A stretch of DNA of 42,028 nucleotides. Source: Minisyncoccota bacterium. Lineage in GTDB: Bacteria; Patescibacteriota; Microgenomatia; UBA1400; UBA12028. The stretch lies in the NCBI GenBank assembly GCA_003487265.1, contig DNEP01000003.1, positions 2,244 to 44,271 on the forward strand, written 5' to 3'. Under the pieces are notes generated by a model. That model did no database searches and was not told the DNA's origin. It saw only the letters and a program-made list of their open reading frames with translations. The position numbers and the translations under genes were made by a program. Below are positions 10,642 to 20,977 of this stretch, piece by piece (the stretch's first letter is position 1; each line of letters opens with the position of its first letter).

Positions 10642-12789
10642 ATGCCTGCACAAACAGTGAAATCATCCAACCGCAACCTGCCACTCGACCACATTCGTAA
10701 CATTGGAATCATCGCGCATATCGATGCGGGGAAAACCACAACCAGCGAGCGCATTCTTTTTTACACCGGAAAATCGTACAAGATCGGCGATATCGATGAG
10801 GGAAACACGCAAATGGATTGGATGGATCAGGAGCGCGAGCGCGGGATCACCATCGTTTCCGCTGCGACCACCACGTTCTGGACTCCTCTTTTTGATACCG
10901 CAATGCCCCACACGTCCTATCGTATTAACTTGATTGATACCCCAGGACATGTGGACTTTACCGCCGAAGTCGAGCGATCACTCCGCGTGCTAGATGGTGG
11001 GATCACCGTTCTTGATGGTGAAGAGGGTGTGCAATCACAATCTGAAACCGTGTGGCGACAAGCCGATAAATACAACGTGCCTCGTATCTGTTTTGTGAAC
11101 AAAATGGATAAACTCGGTGCGGATTTCTTGCGCACCGTCGAAGATATTCGCGTGAAGTTTGGCGTAAAGCCGGCTGTGATGGCACTTCCAATTGGTGTTG
11201 AAAACACCTACAAAGGTGTTGTGCTTCTTCTCGACAGAAAATCGATTGTTTGGGCAGGTGACGAAACCGGCGCAATGTACACAATCGGAGATGTTCCAGA
11301 AGACATGAAAGAAGAAGTTGAAAAAATGCGCGCAAAGCTTGTTGAACAAATTGCTGAAACAGACGACGCGCTTCTTGAAAAATTCTTTGCAAATGAAGAA
11401 CTTGAGGTGAATGTGTTAAAGTCGGCGCTTCGCAAGGCAGTTATTGCGTATAAACTCGTTCCGATTTTTTGCGGAAGCTCACTTCGAAACAAAGGTGTGC
11501 AACCACTTCTTGATGCAGTAGTGGAATACCTTCCTTCGCCAATGGATATTGGATCGATTAAAGGAACAAATCCACATACTGATGCCGAAGAAACGCGTAA
11601 ACTCATTCCAGAAGAACCATTCAGCGGTCTTGCGTTCAAGATTCAAACAGATCCTCATGTTGGAAAAATTACCTATGTACGCGTCTATTCTGGCTCACTG
11701 AAGTCGGGATCCTACAGTTACAACGCGACCAAAGATGTTCGTGAGCGCGTGGGTCGTTTGTTGTTGATGCACGCAAACCAGCGCGAGGAAATCGAAGAGG
11801 CATTCGCAGGAGAAATCGTTGCGGTTGTTGGATTGAAAGATACAAAAACAGGCGACACGCTTTGTGATGAATCACACCCAATTATCTTGGAAGGAATTAC
11901 CTTTACAGAACCAGTTATTTCACTCGCGATTGAACCAAAAACAAAAGCCGATCAAGAAAAAATGGGCATCGCACTTGGAAAACTTTCTGAAGAAGATCCA
12001 ACCTTCCGCGTGAAAGTAAATCATGAAACAGGACAAACGATTGTTTCCGGAATGGGCGAACTTCATCTCGATATCATTGTTGATCGTATGAAACGCGAGT
12101 TTAGCGTTGGTGCGAATGTTGGTGCGCCACAAGTTGCGTATAAAGAAACAATCAAAAAATACGCCGAAGGTGAAGGAAAATACATTCGTCAATCCGGAGG
12201 CCGTGGTCAATACGGACACTGTCTTTTGAAAGTTGAACCCAAGAATCGCAGTGAAGGATATGAATGGGTCAACGCGGTTACAGGTGGAGCAATTCCTCGC
12301 GAGTTCATCAACCCAATCGAAAAAGGTGTGAAAGAAGCCATGGAAAATGGCGTGCTTGCGGGATTTCCACTTGTCGATATGAAAATCACCGTGTACGACG
12401 GAAGTTTTCACGATGTCGACTCATCCGAGATGGCATTCAAAATTGCAGGATCAATGGCACTACAACACGCGGTGAAAGCGGCGGATCTCGTGCTTCTTGA
12501 ACCCGTGATGAAGGTTGAGGTTACAACACCATCCGAGTTTATGGGCGATGTGATTGGCGATCTTTCTTCTCGACGCGCGCAGATTCTTGGAAGCGATCAG
12601 CGCGGAACAGCGACGATCATTCAGTCAAATGTTCCGTTGGCAGAGATGCAGGGCTATGCTACAATTCTTCGCAGTATCACCCAAGGTCGCGCGAGTTTTG
12701 TGATGATTCCAAGTCACTATGACGAGGTTCCTCAATCGATTGCAAAAGCAATTATCGAAAAATACAAACCACATCAATCGAGAGACTGA
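10642..12789 (+). CDS. fusA: Elongation factor G
   Basis: AHIDAGKTT, ERERGITI, DTPGHVDF, NKMD, GMGELHL, QSGGRGQYGH. Confidence 0.99.
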   Translation: MPAQTVKSSNRNLPLDHIRNIGIIAHIDAGKTTTSERILFYTGKSYKIGDIDEGNTQMDWMDQERERGITIVSAATTTFWTPLFDTAMPHTSYRINLIDTPGHVDFTAEVERSLRVLDGGITVLDGEEGVQSQSETVWRQADKYNVPRICFVNKMDKLGADFLRTVEDIRVKFGVKPAVMALPIGVENTYKGVVLLLDRKSIVWAGDETGAMYTIGDVPEDMKEEVEKMRAKLVEQIAETDDALLEKFFANEELEVNVLKSALRKAVIAYKLVPIFCGSSLRNKGVQPLLDAVVEYLPSPMDIGSIKGTNPHTDAEETRKLIPEEPFSGLAFKIQTDPHVGKITYVRVYSGSLKSGSYSYNATKDVRERVGRLLLMHANQREEIEEAFAGEIVAVVGLKDTKTGDTLCDESHPIILEGITFTEPVISLAIEPKTKADQEKMGIALGKLSEEDPTFRVKVNHETGQTIVSGMGELHLDIIVDRMKREFSVGANVGAPQVAYKETIKKYAEGEGKYIRQSGGRGQYGHCLLKVEPKNRSEGYEWVNAVTGGAIPREFINPIEKGVKEAMENGVLAGFPLVDMKITVYDGSFHDVDSSEMAFKIAGSMALQHAVKAADLVLLEPVMKVEVTTPSEFMGDVIGDLSSRRAQILGSDQRGTATIIQSNVPLAEMQGYATILRSITQGRASFVMIPSHYDEVPQSIAKAIIEKYKPHQSRD

Positions 12790-12795
12790 TATAAT
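12787..12795 (+). promoter_or_regulatory. Extended -10 internal promoter for tuf
   Basis: TGATATAAT is a perfect TGnTATAAT; its TGA is the fusA stop codon, 40 nt before the tuf ATG. Confidence 0.6.
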
Positions 12796-12835
12796 AGCGC
12801 ACACAAGTAATCGGTAGTATAAAAAAGGAGAAAAA

Positions 12836-14014
12836 ATGGCGGCATATTCACGCACAAAGCCACATGTCAACATTGGTACGATCGGCCATGTTGATCATGG
12901 AAAGACAACATTAACATCGGCGATCACCGTTACCCTCGCAAAACAGGGTCTCGCAACAGCGAAACAATATGCAGATATTGATTCCGCTCCAGAAGAAAAA
13001 GCGCGCGGTGTTACGATTAACATTTCGCACATGGAGTACGAGACAAAGAAGCGCCACTATGCGCATATTGATGCTCCAGGTCATGCTGACTACATCAAAA
13101 ACATGATCACCGGTGCAGCACAAATGGATGGTGCCATCCTCGTTGTTGCAGCAACCGACGGTCCAATGCCTCAAACACGCGAGCACATTCTCTTGGCTCA
13201 TCAAGTCAACGTGCCACAGATCGTTGTCGCATTGAACAAATGTGATATGGTTGACGATCCCGAACTTCTCGATCTCGTTGAGATGGAAATTCGTGAGCTC
13301 CTCACCAAGTACAAGTACGACGGCGAAAAGACTCCAATCATCCGTATTTCTGCACTCAAAGCAGCTGAAGGCGACGAAGCAGCTCAAGATCAGATCATGA
13401 AGCTGATGGACGCAGTCGACGAGTATATCCCCGATCCAGTTCGTGAACTCGACAAACCATTCTTAATGCCAATTGAGGATGTGTTCTCGATCAAGGGTCG
13501 CGGTACTGTGGTTACAGGCAAGATCGATCGTGGAGTTGTGAAACTTAACGACGAAATAGAGATTGTTGGTATTAAAGCATCTCGCAAATCCGTGGTAACC
13601 GGTGTCGAAATGTTCCGTAAGCAACTCGAACAAGGTCAAGCAGGTGACAACGTTGGTGTGCTTCTCCGCGGTATCGAAAAAGATGATGTTGAGCGGGGAC
13701 AAGTGCTCGCGAAACCAGGGTCCATCACCCCTCACACAGAGTTCGAAGCAGAAGTGTATATCCTTAAGAAGGAAGAGGGTGGACGCCACTCACCTTTCTT
13801 CAAAGGATATCGACCTCAGTTCTTCGTTCGTACAACCGACGTGACAGGAGAAATCCAGTTGCAAGACGGTGTCGAGATGGTGATGCCTGGCGATAACGCC
13901 AAGATGACCGTGAAGCTCATCGTGCCAGTCGCGATGGAAGAAGGTCTCCGCTTCGCTATTCGCGAAGGTGGATTGACCGTTGGTGCGGGAGTTATCACAA
14001 AAATCATCAAATAA
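12836..14014 (+). CDS. tuf: Elongation factor Tu
   Basis: [45 protein letters not shown]. Confidence 0.99.
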   Translation: MAAYSRTKPHVNIGTIGHVDHGKTTLTSAITVTLAKQGLATAKQYADIDSAPEEKARGVTINISHMEYETKKRHYAHIDAPGHADYIKNMITGAAQMDGAILVVAATDGPMPQTREHILLAHQVNVPQIVVALNKCDMVDDPELLDLVEMEIRELLTKYKYDGEKTPIIRISALKAAEGDEAAQDQIMKLMDAVDEYIPDPVRELDKPFLMPIEDVFSIKGRGTVVTGKIDRGVVKLNDEIEIVGIKASRKSVVTGVEMFRKQLEQGQAGDNVGVLLRGIEKDDVERGQVLAKPGSITPHTEFEAEVYILKKEEGGRHSPFFKGYRPQFFVRTTDVTGEIQLQDGVEMVMPGDNAKMTVKLIVPVAMEEGLRFAIREGGLTVGAGVITKIIK

Positions 14015-14030
14015 TTGGTTTTTGAACTTG

Positions 14031-14060
14031 AAAAGCCCGGTGTCACAGCCGGGCTTTTTT
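14031..14060 (+). terminator. Rho-independent terminator after tuf
   Basis: AAAAGCCCGG-TGTCACAG-CCGGGCTTTTTT. Confidence 0.9.
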
Positions 14061-14129
14061 GTGGTTTTCGCATTTTTTGAAAGCCATTTTTTTTAGACAC
14101 ATTTTACAAGCAAAAAATCTTTTCACCCC

Positions 14130-14158
14130 TTGCGTGGTGTTTCACAGTCTGGTACAAT
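14130..14158 (+). promoter_or_regulatory. sigma70 promoter of the S10 operon
   Basis: TTGCGT-17 nt-TACAAT with a TG extension (TGgTACAAT). Confidence 0.75.
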
Positions 14159-14247
14159 CGCAATCTCTTGAGTAGTTTTTGTGTTGACTCAGCAACTGTA
14201 AATTACTCTCTGTAGTAGCTCCTTAACGACTGAATGAGGCGCATCCT

Positions 14248-14556
14248 ATGACTAAAGGAAAAATTCGAGTTCGGCTAAAATCGTTCGATCATAGAGTCGT
14301 AGACGATGCTGCCAAAAAGATCCTGGATACCGCACTTTCCACAGGGGCGAAGGTTGTAGGTCCTGTTCCCTTGCCAACAGAGCGCAAGGTGATCACAGTC
14401 CTCAAATCTCCCCATACAGATAAAAATGCACAAGAACATTTCGAAGTGTTAACGCACAAACGTGTGGTTGATATTGTTGATCCAACAAGTAAAACCATTG
14501 ATGCGCTCATGCACCTTGAACTTCCCGCGGGGGTTGGTATTCAGATTAAGATGTAA
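14248..14556 (+). CDS. rpsJ: 30S ribosomal protein uS10
   Basis: [21 protein letters not shown]...EHFE..THKR. Confidence 0.99.
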   Translation: MTKGKIRVRLKSFDHRVVDDAAKKILDTALSTGAKVVGPVPLPTERKVITVLKSPHTDKNAQEHFEVLTHKRVVDIVDPTSKTIDALMHLELPAGVGIQIKM

Positions 14557-14565
14557 TCAAAACCT

Positions 14566-15204
14566 ATGAAACAGTTATACGCAATCAAACGAGAATCAAC
14601 ACAGGCGTGGACCAAGTCGGGGAAACGTATTCCTGTGACGGTTTTGCATGTTGATGGTAATGTGTATATGAAACAAGGCGAAAAAGTCACGATTGGGTTT
14701 CAAAAAATCGCACTCGAAAAACTCGGATCGTTGAAAAAAGGGTTTGCAAAAAAACTCGGCATGACATTTGGAATGAAGAAAACAAAAGAAGTCCTTGTTG
14801 ATCTTGAAAAAGAACACGGGACCGATCTTCTTCCTTCTGAAATGTTTACCGTTGGTGACATTGTAGATGTGTGTGGAACATCGAAAGGGATGGGATTTGC
14901 GGGTGGAATGAAGCTGCATGGATTTCACGGTGGACCAAGGACACATGGGCAGTCCGACCGAGCGCGTGCGCCAGGTGCTTCAAGTTCTGGTACAACTCCA
15001 GGACGACTGTACAAAAACAAACGCATGGCAGGTCGCGGTGGAAACAGACAAGTGACGGTTGAGAATTTGCAGATCGTGTCGATGAACGATGAAACAAAAG
15101 AAATATTAGTCAAAGGTGTAATCCCAGGAGCAATTAACGGAATGGTCATTGTTTTGAAGGTTGCAGACGGAAAATTTGAAGGGCTTCAGGAGAAAAAAGG
15201 ATAA
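14566..15204 (+). CDS. rplC: 50S ribosomal protein uL3
   Basis: IPVTV, VDV.GTSKG.GF.G, GPRTHG, PGR..K.KRMAG, LVKG.IPG. Confidence 0.97.
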   Translation: MKQLYAIKRESTQAWTKSGKRIPVTVLHVDGNVYMKQGEKVTIGFQKIALEKLGSLKKGFAKKLGMTFGMKKTKEVLVDLEKEHGTDLLPSEMFTVGDIVDVCGTSKGMGFAGGMKLHGFHGGPRTHGQSDRARAPGASSSGTTPGRLYKNKRMAGRGGNRQVTVENLQIVSMNDETKEILVKGVIPGAINGMVIVLKVADGKFEGLQEKKG

Positions 15205-15215
15205 CGAGGAAAAAT

Positions 15216-16073
15216 ATGGAATTGAAACGCAGTACATCGGCAAAAGAATCAACCCTCTCGGTTCTTGAGGTTGTTTTTGGCGTGAAACCCAATCTCCCCC
15301 TTCTCTCGCAAGCTGTTCGCGTGTACTTGTCGAATCAACGACAAGGCACAAGCAAAGTGAAAACGCGATCCGACATCAATCGTACAAAAAAGAAATGGTA
15401 TCGACAGAAGGGAACAGGAAATGCACGCCACGGTGCGCGCACACCAAACATTTTTGTTGGAGGTGGTGTTTCTCATGGTCCCAACGGACTTCGCGATTGG
15501 ACACGAAAACTCTCTCGATCTCAACGCAACGCGTCCCTCATCGCTGCACTCAGCGATCGCGCATCTCAAATTCTCGTTACCAACGATATGTATGAACTTT
15601 CTGGAAAAACGTCTGAAGCAGTCGTTTTCTTTTCCAACTTGATTAAAGACGCCAAAGATCAACGCATTCTTGTTGTTCTTGATGAGGCGAACAATCAAGT
15701 CCTTCGTTCAACCTCAAACATTCCGTATATTCTCACGACACAAGTTTCTCGCTTGAACGTGTATGAACTTTTGCTTGCAGATACCATTGTGATGACAGAG
15801 GAAGCGGTTCGTATTCTTGAAGAAAAATTGACGGGTGAGGAAAAGAGAGAGAAAAAAATGAAGCCAGATGCTGTGAAAACTGTTGAAAAAACGGTGAAAA
15901 AGGAATCAAAAAAAGAACTCAAAAACGTTGTTGTTAAAAAAGTTGCAGAAAAGACGACGACAGAAAAGAAAGTTGTTGCGAAAAAAGTTGCAATAAAATC
16001 AACAAAACCAACAAAAGCAGTTGCAGAAAAAACAGTGAAAAAAACAGTGAAAAAAGAAAAGAAGACGGAATAA
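15216..16073 (+). CDS. rplD: 50S ribosomal protein uL4 with a Lys-rich C-terminal extension
   Basis: RQGT..VKTRS, RQKGTGNARHG, GGGV.HGP; ~80-aa K/V/E/T tail. Confidence 0.97.
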   Translation: MELKRSTSAKESTLSVLEVVFGVKPNLPLLSQAVRVYLSNQRQGTSKVKTRSDINRTKKKWYRQKGTGNARHGARTPNIFVGGGVSHGPNGLRDWTRKLSRSQRNASLIAALSDRASQILVTNDMYELSGKTSEAVVFFSNLIKDAKDQRILVVLDEANNQVLRSTSNIPYILTTQVSRLNVYELLLADTIVMTEEAVRILEEKLTGEEKREKKMKPDAVKTVEKTVKKESKKELKNVVVKKVAEKTTTEKKVVAKKVAIKSTKPTKAVAEKTVKKTVKKEKKTE

Positions 16074-16074
16074 T

Positions 16075-16377
16075 ATGAACATTCGCATTCTTGGAAAACC
16101 AGTTGTTACAGAAAAATCGATGAAAGAGTCCGAACTTGGTCGATATGTGTTTTATGTAGACCGTCTCGCAACAAAAGGTCAGATTGTTCAAGCGTTCAAA
16201 GACTTTTTTGATGTTGATGTCGTCCGCATCCACACCATCACCTTGCCAGGACAAAAAGAAAGAACAGGGAAACGTCGTGTGTTGAAGAAGGCCTCCGCAA
16301 GAAAGAAAGCGTTGGTCACCTTGAAGGCAGGACAGAAAATAGCCATGTTTGAATCAGAGACAAAAGCAGCAGCGTAA
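16075..16377 (+). CDS. rplW: 50S ribosomal protein uL23
   Basis: PVVTEKS, ATK.QI, KKALVTL..G..I; position in operon. Confidence 0.97.
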   Translation: MNIRILGKPVVTEKSMKESELGRYVFYVDRLATKGQIVQAFKDFFDVDVVRIHTITLPGQKERTGKRRVLKKASARKKALVTLKAGQKIAMFESETKAAA

Positions 16378-16386
16378 AAGGATCGT

Positions 16387-17223
16387 ATGACACACTTAAA
16401 AAAGAAACCAACAACAGCCACACGACACGCCTCTAGCATTGTTTGGCGCGATGCGTTGTCCCGCTCGACACCCGAACGCTCCTTGCTTGCAAAAGGGCTG
16501 TACAAACGACAAGGCCGAAACAACACCGGTAAAATCACGGTTCGCCATCGAGGTGGAGGTGAGAAGCGAAAGTTGAGAATTATCGATTGGAAGCGAGATA
16601 AGGTTGGAATTCAGGCGCGCGTTGAATCCATTGAGTACGATCCAATGCGAACCGCGAATATCGCGCTTCTTTCATACGCCGACGGAGAAAAGAGATACAT
16701 TCTCGCCCCAGAAGGTCTTGCGGTGAATGATGTTGTTGAGTCTGGTGAAAAAGCAACCATAAAAGCGGGAAATGCCCTTCCCCTTTCGATGATTCCGGTT
16801 GGAATTCCAATTCATAATATTGAAATTCATCACGGAAAAGGTGCAAGAATCGTTCGTTCCGCAGGTGCAGCAGCAATGGTGCAATCCAAAGAAGCAGATT
16901 TTGTGATTCTTCAACTTCCATCGAGAGAAGTGCGAAAAATCTCTGCGCATGCATTTGCGACCATTGGACAAGTCAGCAATACCGAATGGAAACTTGTTTC
17001 GTTTGGAAAAGCTGGTCGTCGTCGCCACATGGGTTGGAGACCAGAAGTCCGTGGAACCGCAATGCATCCGAACAACCATCCGCATGGAGGTGGTGAGGGT
17101 CGAAGTGGTATCGGTATGAAAGCCGCGAAATCTCCATGGGGTAAGCGCGTGCAAGGTGTGAAGACACGAGATAAGAAGAAATATTCAAACGTATTTTTAA
17201 TTAAAGACAGAAGGGCGAAGTAA
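16387..17223 (+). CDS. rplB: 50S ribosomal protein uL2
   Basis: GRNNTGKITVRHRGGG, IEYDP.R.A.IAL, HPHGGGEG. Confidence 0.99.
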   Translation: MTHLKKKPTTATRHASSIVWRDALSRSTPERSLLAKGLYKRQGRNNTGKITVRHRGGGEKRKLRIIDWKRDKVGIQARVESIEYDPMRTANIALLSYADGEKRYILAPEGLAVNDVVESGEKATIKAGNALPLSMIPVGIPIHNIEIHHGKGARIVRSAGAAAMVQSKEADFVILQLPSREVRKISAHAFATIGQVSNTEWKLVSFGKAGRRRHMGWRPEVRGTAMHPNNHPHGGGEGRSGIGMKAAKSPWGKRVQGVKTRDKKKYSNVFLIKDRRAK

Positions 17224-17226
17224 CCT

Positions 17227-17511
17227 ATGTCACGTAGCACAAAAAAAGGTCCATACGTATACGACCGACTTCTCGAAAAAGTTGAGAAGCAGAAGGCCGC
17301 AGGGAAAAAAGAACCTATTAAAACATGGGCTCGAGCTTCCCAAGTTCCACCTGAGTTCGTTGGTCATACGTTTTTAGTGCACAATGGAAAGAAATTTGTT
17401 GAAGTATTCGTCGCAGAGTCGATGGTTGGTCATCGTCTAGGAGAGTTTTCTCCCACACGCACCTTCCATGGACACGGAAAGATCGTGAAACGTCTCTTAA
17501 CCAAGACGTAA
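17227..17511 (+). CDS. rpsS: 30S ribosomal protein uS19
   Basis: [30 protein letters not shown]. Confidence 0.99.
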   Translation: MSRSTKKGPYVYDRLLEKVEKQKAAGKKEPIKTWARASQVPPEFVGHTFLVHNGKKFVEVFVAESMVGHRLGEFSPTRTFHGHGKIVKRLLTKT

Positions 17512-17530
17512 ACGTAAAAAGGGATCGCAT

Positions 17531-18049
17531 ATGATTGTTACCGCAGAACAAAAATACACAAGACAAACACCAACAAGACTTCGACTCGTGGCAAAAGCGA
17601 TTCGCAAGCTTTCGGTTACAGATGCAATGGATCAACTGCGATTCATTAACATGCGTTCTGCACGAACCATGCTCGATGTGATGAAGCAAGCCGTCGCCAA
17701 CGCGACAAACACGCGCAACATCCCTTTTGATCTTTTGGTAATAAAAGACATCGTTGTAAACGAAGGCCCCCAGTTTAAACGCATTCAGCCGGTGAGCCGA
17801 GGTCGCGCACACGCAATCTTGAAGAGAACCGCCCACGTGCGTGTGGTTCTTGAATCTCGTGAGCCAGCCGTCGAAGAAAAATCCAAAGATCTACAAGATG
17901 AAAAAGCCAAGAAACATGATACAATTGCTGTTTCTCCATTGAAGGAGAAAACGGATAAAACAACCATGTCGGTCACCAAAAAACCGGCAGTGAAAAAATC
18001 CGTATCGAAAACGTCACAACAGAAAACAGATAAAAAGGTAGGGAAATAA
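17531..18049 (+). CDS. rplV: 50S ribosomal protein uL22 with a C-terminal extension
   Basis: RLRLVA..IR, A.ANA, VNEGP..KR..P..RGRA..I.KRTAH; ~60-aa extra tail. Confidence 0.97.
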   Translation: MIVTAEQKYTRQTPTRLRLVAKAIRKLSVTDAMDQLRFINMRSARTMLDVMKQAVANATNTRNIPFDLLVIKDIVVNEGPQFKRIQPVSRGRAHAILKRTAHVRVVLESREPAVEEKSKDLQDEKAKKHDTIAVSPLKEKTDKTTMSVTKKPAVKKSVSKTSQQKTDKKVGK

Positions 18050-18711
18050 TGGGTCAGAAAGTGAATCCAATTAGCTTTCGTATGGGAAACCTCTTTTCTT
18101 GGGGATCTCGTTGGTTTGCCGATAAAGAAACCTATGGGAAATATGTTCGTGAGGACAAGAAAATCCGCGATTTTCTCGAAGACCGCGTGAAATCGGCGGG
18201 CGTTGTTCGTGTTGAGATTGAGCGATCGGTGAACGCAATCAAGGTTCGTTTACATGTCGCACGTCCTGGAGTTGTGATCGGACGAGGTGGATCACATCTC
18301 GAAGAGTTGAAACTTGATCTCGCAAAGTTGTTGCACATCAACATGAATGATCGAAAAGGTCAAAAGATTGTGATCGATGATATTGTTGAGGTGAAAAACC
18401 CCGAGATCCAAGCGAAATTGATTGTGGAACGCATAGCTGAACAGTTGATCAAACGCTTCCCCCACCGCCGAGCAGTTCAACAGGCGATGGAAAAAGCGAT
18501 GAACGCAGGTGCAAAGGGAATCAAGATTGTGCTTGCAGGAAGAATCGCGGGAGCGGAAATCGGTCGACGCGAAAAGTACGCGCAGGGAACTGTCCCAACG
18601 CAAACACTTCGCGCACATATTGATTATTTTGAAATGCCCGCAAAAACCAAGTCGGGATATGTTGGCATTAAAGTTTGGGTGTATCGGGCTACTGAGGGAG
18701 TAAAGGTTTAG
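18049..18711 (+). CDS. rpsC: 30S ribosomal protein uS3
   Basis: MGQKVNP, RPGVVIGRGG, GR..GAEIGR.E, G.VP..TLRA.IDY. Confidence 0.99.
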   Translation: MGQKVNPISFRMGNLFSWGSRWFADKETYGKYVREDKKIRDFLEDRVKSAGVVRVEIERSVNAIKVRLHVARPGVVIGRGGSHLEELKLDLAKLLHINMNDRKGQKIVIDDIVEVKNPEIQAKLIVERIAEQLIKRFPHRRAVQQAMEKAMNAGAKGIKIVLAGRIAGAEIGRREKYAQGTVPTQTLRAHIDYFEMPAKTKSGYVGIKVWVYRATEGVKV

Positions 18712-18712
18712 T

Positions 18713-19120
18713 ATGTTGCAACCGAAAAAGATGAAATACCGAAAGCAGTTTCGCGGGAAGCGCCGAGGTTCGGCGACTCGTGGAGTCGATGTGGCCTTTG
18801 GTGAGTTCGGATTAAAAGCGATGGATCGAGGATGGTTTAGTGCTCGTCAAATCGAATCAGCTCGCAAGACGATCACACACCACACAAAGCGCGTCGGAAA
18901 GATGTGGATTCGCGTCTTCCCAGACAAGCCAACCTCGAAAAAAGGCCCAGGTGCGAAAATGGGTTCAGGAAAAGGTGATAACGAACAGTTTGTCGCAGTT
19001 ATTCGACCTGGGAGAATTCTGTTTGAGTTGAGCGGTCTCAAAGAAGTTGATGCGCGTGAAGCATTTCGCAAAGCGTCATTCAAGATCCCAATGAAAACGG
19101 AGTTTGTGATCAAGAGATAA
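18713..19120 (+). CDS. rplP: 50S ribosomal protein uL16
   Basis: MLQPK..KYRKQ.RG, RQIESAR, WIRVFPDKP, MGSGKG. Confidence 0.99.
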   Translation: MLQPKKMKYRKQFRGKRRGSATRGVDVAFGEFGLKAMDRGWFSARQIESARKTITHHTKRVGKMWIRVFPDKPTSKKGPGAKMGSGKGDNEQFVAVIRPGRILFELSGLKEVDAREAFRKASFKIPMKTEFVIKR

Positions 19121-19133
19121 CAACAAGGAATGT

Positions 19134-19334
19134 ATGGCAAAAAAACAAACAACAGAGGTCACAATAGAAAAAACATTTCAAGAACAACTTCTTGAACTTG
19201 AAAAAGATTTTGTGATGAAAAAAATGGAGATGATTGCAGGAAAACTGAAGGACGTTCGATCGTTATCGAAAATTCGTGATCAAATCGCGCGTGTAAAAAC
19301 AAAGATGCGCGCACAAGAACTGGAGAATGTATGA
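19134..19334 (+). CDS. rpmC: 50S ribosomal protein uL29
   Basis: G.LK.......IR..IAR.KT; lies between rplP and rpsQ. Confidence 0.92.
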   Translation: MAKKQTTEVTIEKTFQEQLLELEKDFVMKKMEMIAGKLKDVRSLSKIRDQIARVKTKMRAQELENV

Positions 19335-19555
19335 AAGTATTTGAAGGAACCGTTGTTTCAACCGCTCTTCCAAAGACCGCAAAGGTCAAGGTTGAGCGTC
19401 GAATGGCCCATCCTGTGTATGGAAAAAGCATCACTCGCTCGAACACGTTCATGTGTCACTGCGAAATGGAAGTAAACGTTGGAGATAAAGTGAAGATTCG
19501 TGAAACACGACCGATGAGTGCCCGAAAACGCTTCATCGTACTGGAGAAAATATGA
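19331..19555 (+). CDS. rpsQ: 30S ribosomal protein uS17
   Basis: G.VVS....KT, HP.YGK, GD.V.I.ETRP.S..K. Confidence 0.98.
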   Translation: MKVFEGTVVSTALPKTAKVKVERRMAHPVYGKSITRSNTFMCHCEMEVNVGDKVKIRETRPMSARKRFIVLEKI

Positions 19556-19926
19556 TTCAACTGAGATCTGTCCTCAATGTGGCAGACAACACTGGCGCGA
19601 AAAGAATCCGAGTCATTTTAGTGCACGGAGGTTCTCGACGACCATTTGGATCGCTGGGAGACATCATCTCCGCTTCGGTGACCGCATCGAGCCCACAAGG
19701 CGCGATTAAAAAAGGTGAAAAAGTGAAAGCGGTTGTAGTTCGAACACGAAAAGAAGTTCGCCGATCAGACGGCACCTACATACGATTTGACGACAACGCA
19801 GCCGTGATCATCACTGATCGCACAAACAAAGATCCAAGAGGAACACGTGTGTTCGGCCCGATCGCAAGAGAAGTAAAAGAAGCGGGATTCAACAAAATCG
19901 CTTCATTGGCAAAGGAAGTGTGGTAA
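19552..19926 (+). CDS. rplN: 50S ribosomal protein uL14
   Basis: [32 protein letters not shown]. Confidence 0.99.
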   Translation: MIQLRSVLNVADNTGAKRIRVILVHGGSRRPFGSLGDIISASVTASSPQGAIKKGEKVKAVVVRTRKEVRRSDGTYIRFDDNAAVIITDRTNKDPRGTRVFGPIAREVKEAGFNKIASLAKEVW

Positions 19927-19928
19927 AT

Positions 19929-20240
19929 ATGAAACTACAAAAAAATGACATGGTGAAAGTTACTGCTGGAAAGGACAAAGGGAAATCTGGAAAGATTCTT
20001 CGCGTCTATCCAAAAGAAAACAAAGTCATTGTTGAAGGTGTAAATATGTACGTGAAACACATCAAAAAACAAGGACAAAAGAGCGGAGAGCGCGTCATCA
20101 AGGAGCGCTCACTCCCCTCCTCGAATGTTGCAATTTTGAATCCTGACACAAACAAAATCGATCGTGTGGGATATATGGTCGATGATACTGGAAATAAAGT
20201 TCGCATCTACAAGAAGACAAAGAAAGTTGTCATGGTATGA
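19929..20240 (+). CDS. rplX: 50S ribosomal protein uL24
   Basis: D.V.V..GKDKGK.G, V.VEGVN, SNV; ATG at 19929. Confidence 0.98.
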   Translation: MKLQKNDMVKVTAGKDKGKSGKILRVYPKENKVIVEGVNMYVKHIKKQGQKSGERVIKERSLPSSNVAILNPDTNKIDRVGYMVDDTGNKVRIYKKTKKVVMV

Positions 20241-20788
20241 ACCGATTAAAACAACAATACAACGAAAAGGTCGCACCCGAACTCATGAAGGTGCTGAACA
20301 AGAAAAATGTGATGAGCTTGCCAAAGATCACAAAAATCTTGGTGCATGTTGGCGTTGGAACACGAGAAGCCAATCAAGCAAAAGCACTTGAAAGCGTACG
20401 CGAGCAACTGCAGGTTATCGCAGGTCAAAAACCAAAGACAACCGCAGCAAAACAATCTATCGCGGGCTTCAAGCTTCGACAAGGCGATCCTGTGGGACTC
20501 GTGGTGACGCTTCGAGGAGAGCGAATGTGGGAGTTTTTGGACAAGTTGATCTCGATCGTGCTTCCCCGCGTGAAAGACTTTCAGGGTGTGCGTAAGAACG
20601 CATTTGATCAAAATGGAAACTACAATCTTGGAATCACAGAACAAATCGTGTTTCCAGAGATAGAATATGATAAAATCGACCGCATCCGCGGATTACAGGT
20701 TACAATTGCAACCTCAACAAAGAAAACCGAAGAAGCGAGAAAGTTGCTTGAGCTTTTAGGGTTCCCATTTGAGAAGGAAGAAAATTAA
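20237..20788 (+). CDS. rplE: 50S ribosomal protein uL5
   Basis: [35 protein letters not shown]. Confidence 0.99.
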   Translation: MNRLKQQYNEKVAPELMKVLNKKNVMSLPKITKILVHVGVGTREANQAKALESVREQLQVIAGQKPKTTAAKQSIAGFKLRQGDPVGLVVTLRGERMWEFLDKLISIVLPRVKDFQGVRKNAFDQNGNYNLGITEQIVFPEIEYDKIDRIRGLQVTIATSTKKTEEARKLLELLGFPFEKEEN

Positions 20789-20790
20789 CT

Positions 20791-20976
20791 ATGGCAAAGA
20801 CATCAAAAATAGTAAAGACAAACAGAGTTCAAAAATTCTCGACGAGAAAAATGAACCGCTGTTCCATGTGCGGGCGCCCTCGCGCCTACATTCGGATGTT
20901 CGGAGTATGCAGACTTTGTTTCCGAGAGCTCGCAGCAAAAGGCGAACTCCCAGGAGTCATGAAAGCGAGTATGTAA
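20791..20976 (+). CDS. rpsN: 30S ribosomal protein uS14, zinc-binding (type Z)
   Basis: RCSMCGRPR...[15 protein letters not shown]; 61 aa. Confidence 0.98.
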   Translation: MAKTSKIVKTNRVQKFSTRKMNRCSMCGRPRAYIRMFGVCRLCFRELAAKGELPGVMKASM

Positions 20977-20977
20977 C

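Noticed and set aside
1870-14014. Inteins or introns in rpoB, rpoC, fusA or tuf
   Set aside because: The frames are continuous, lengths are ordinary, and no intein or homing-endonuclease motifs are visible.
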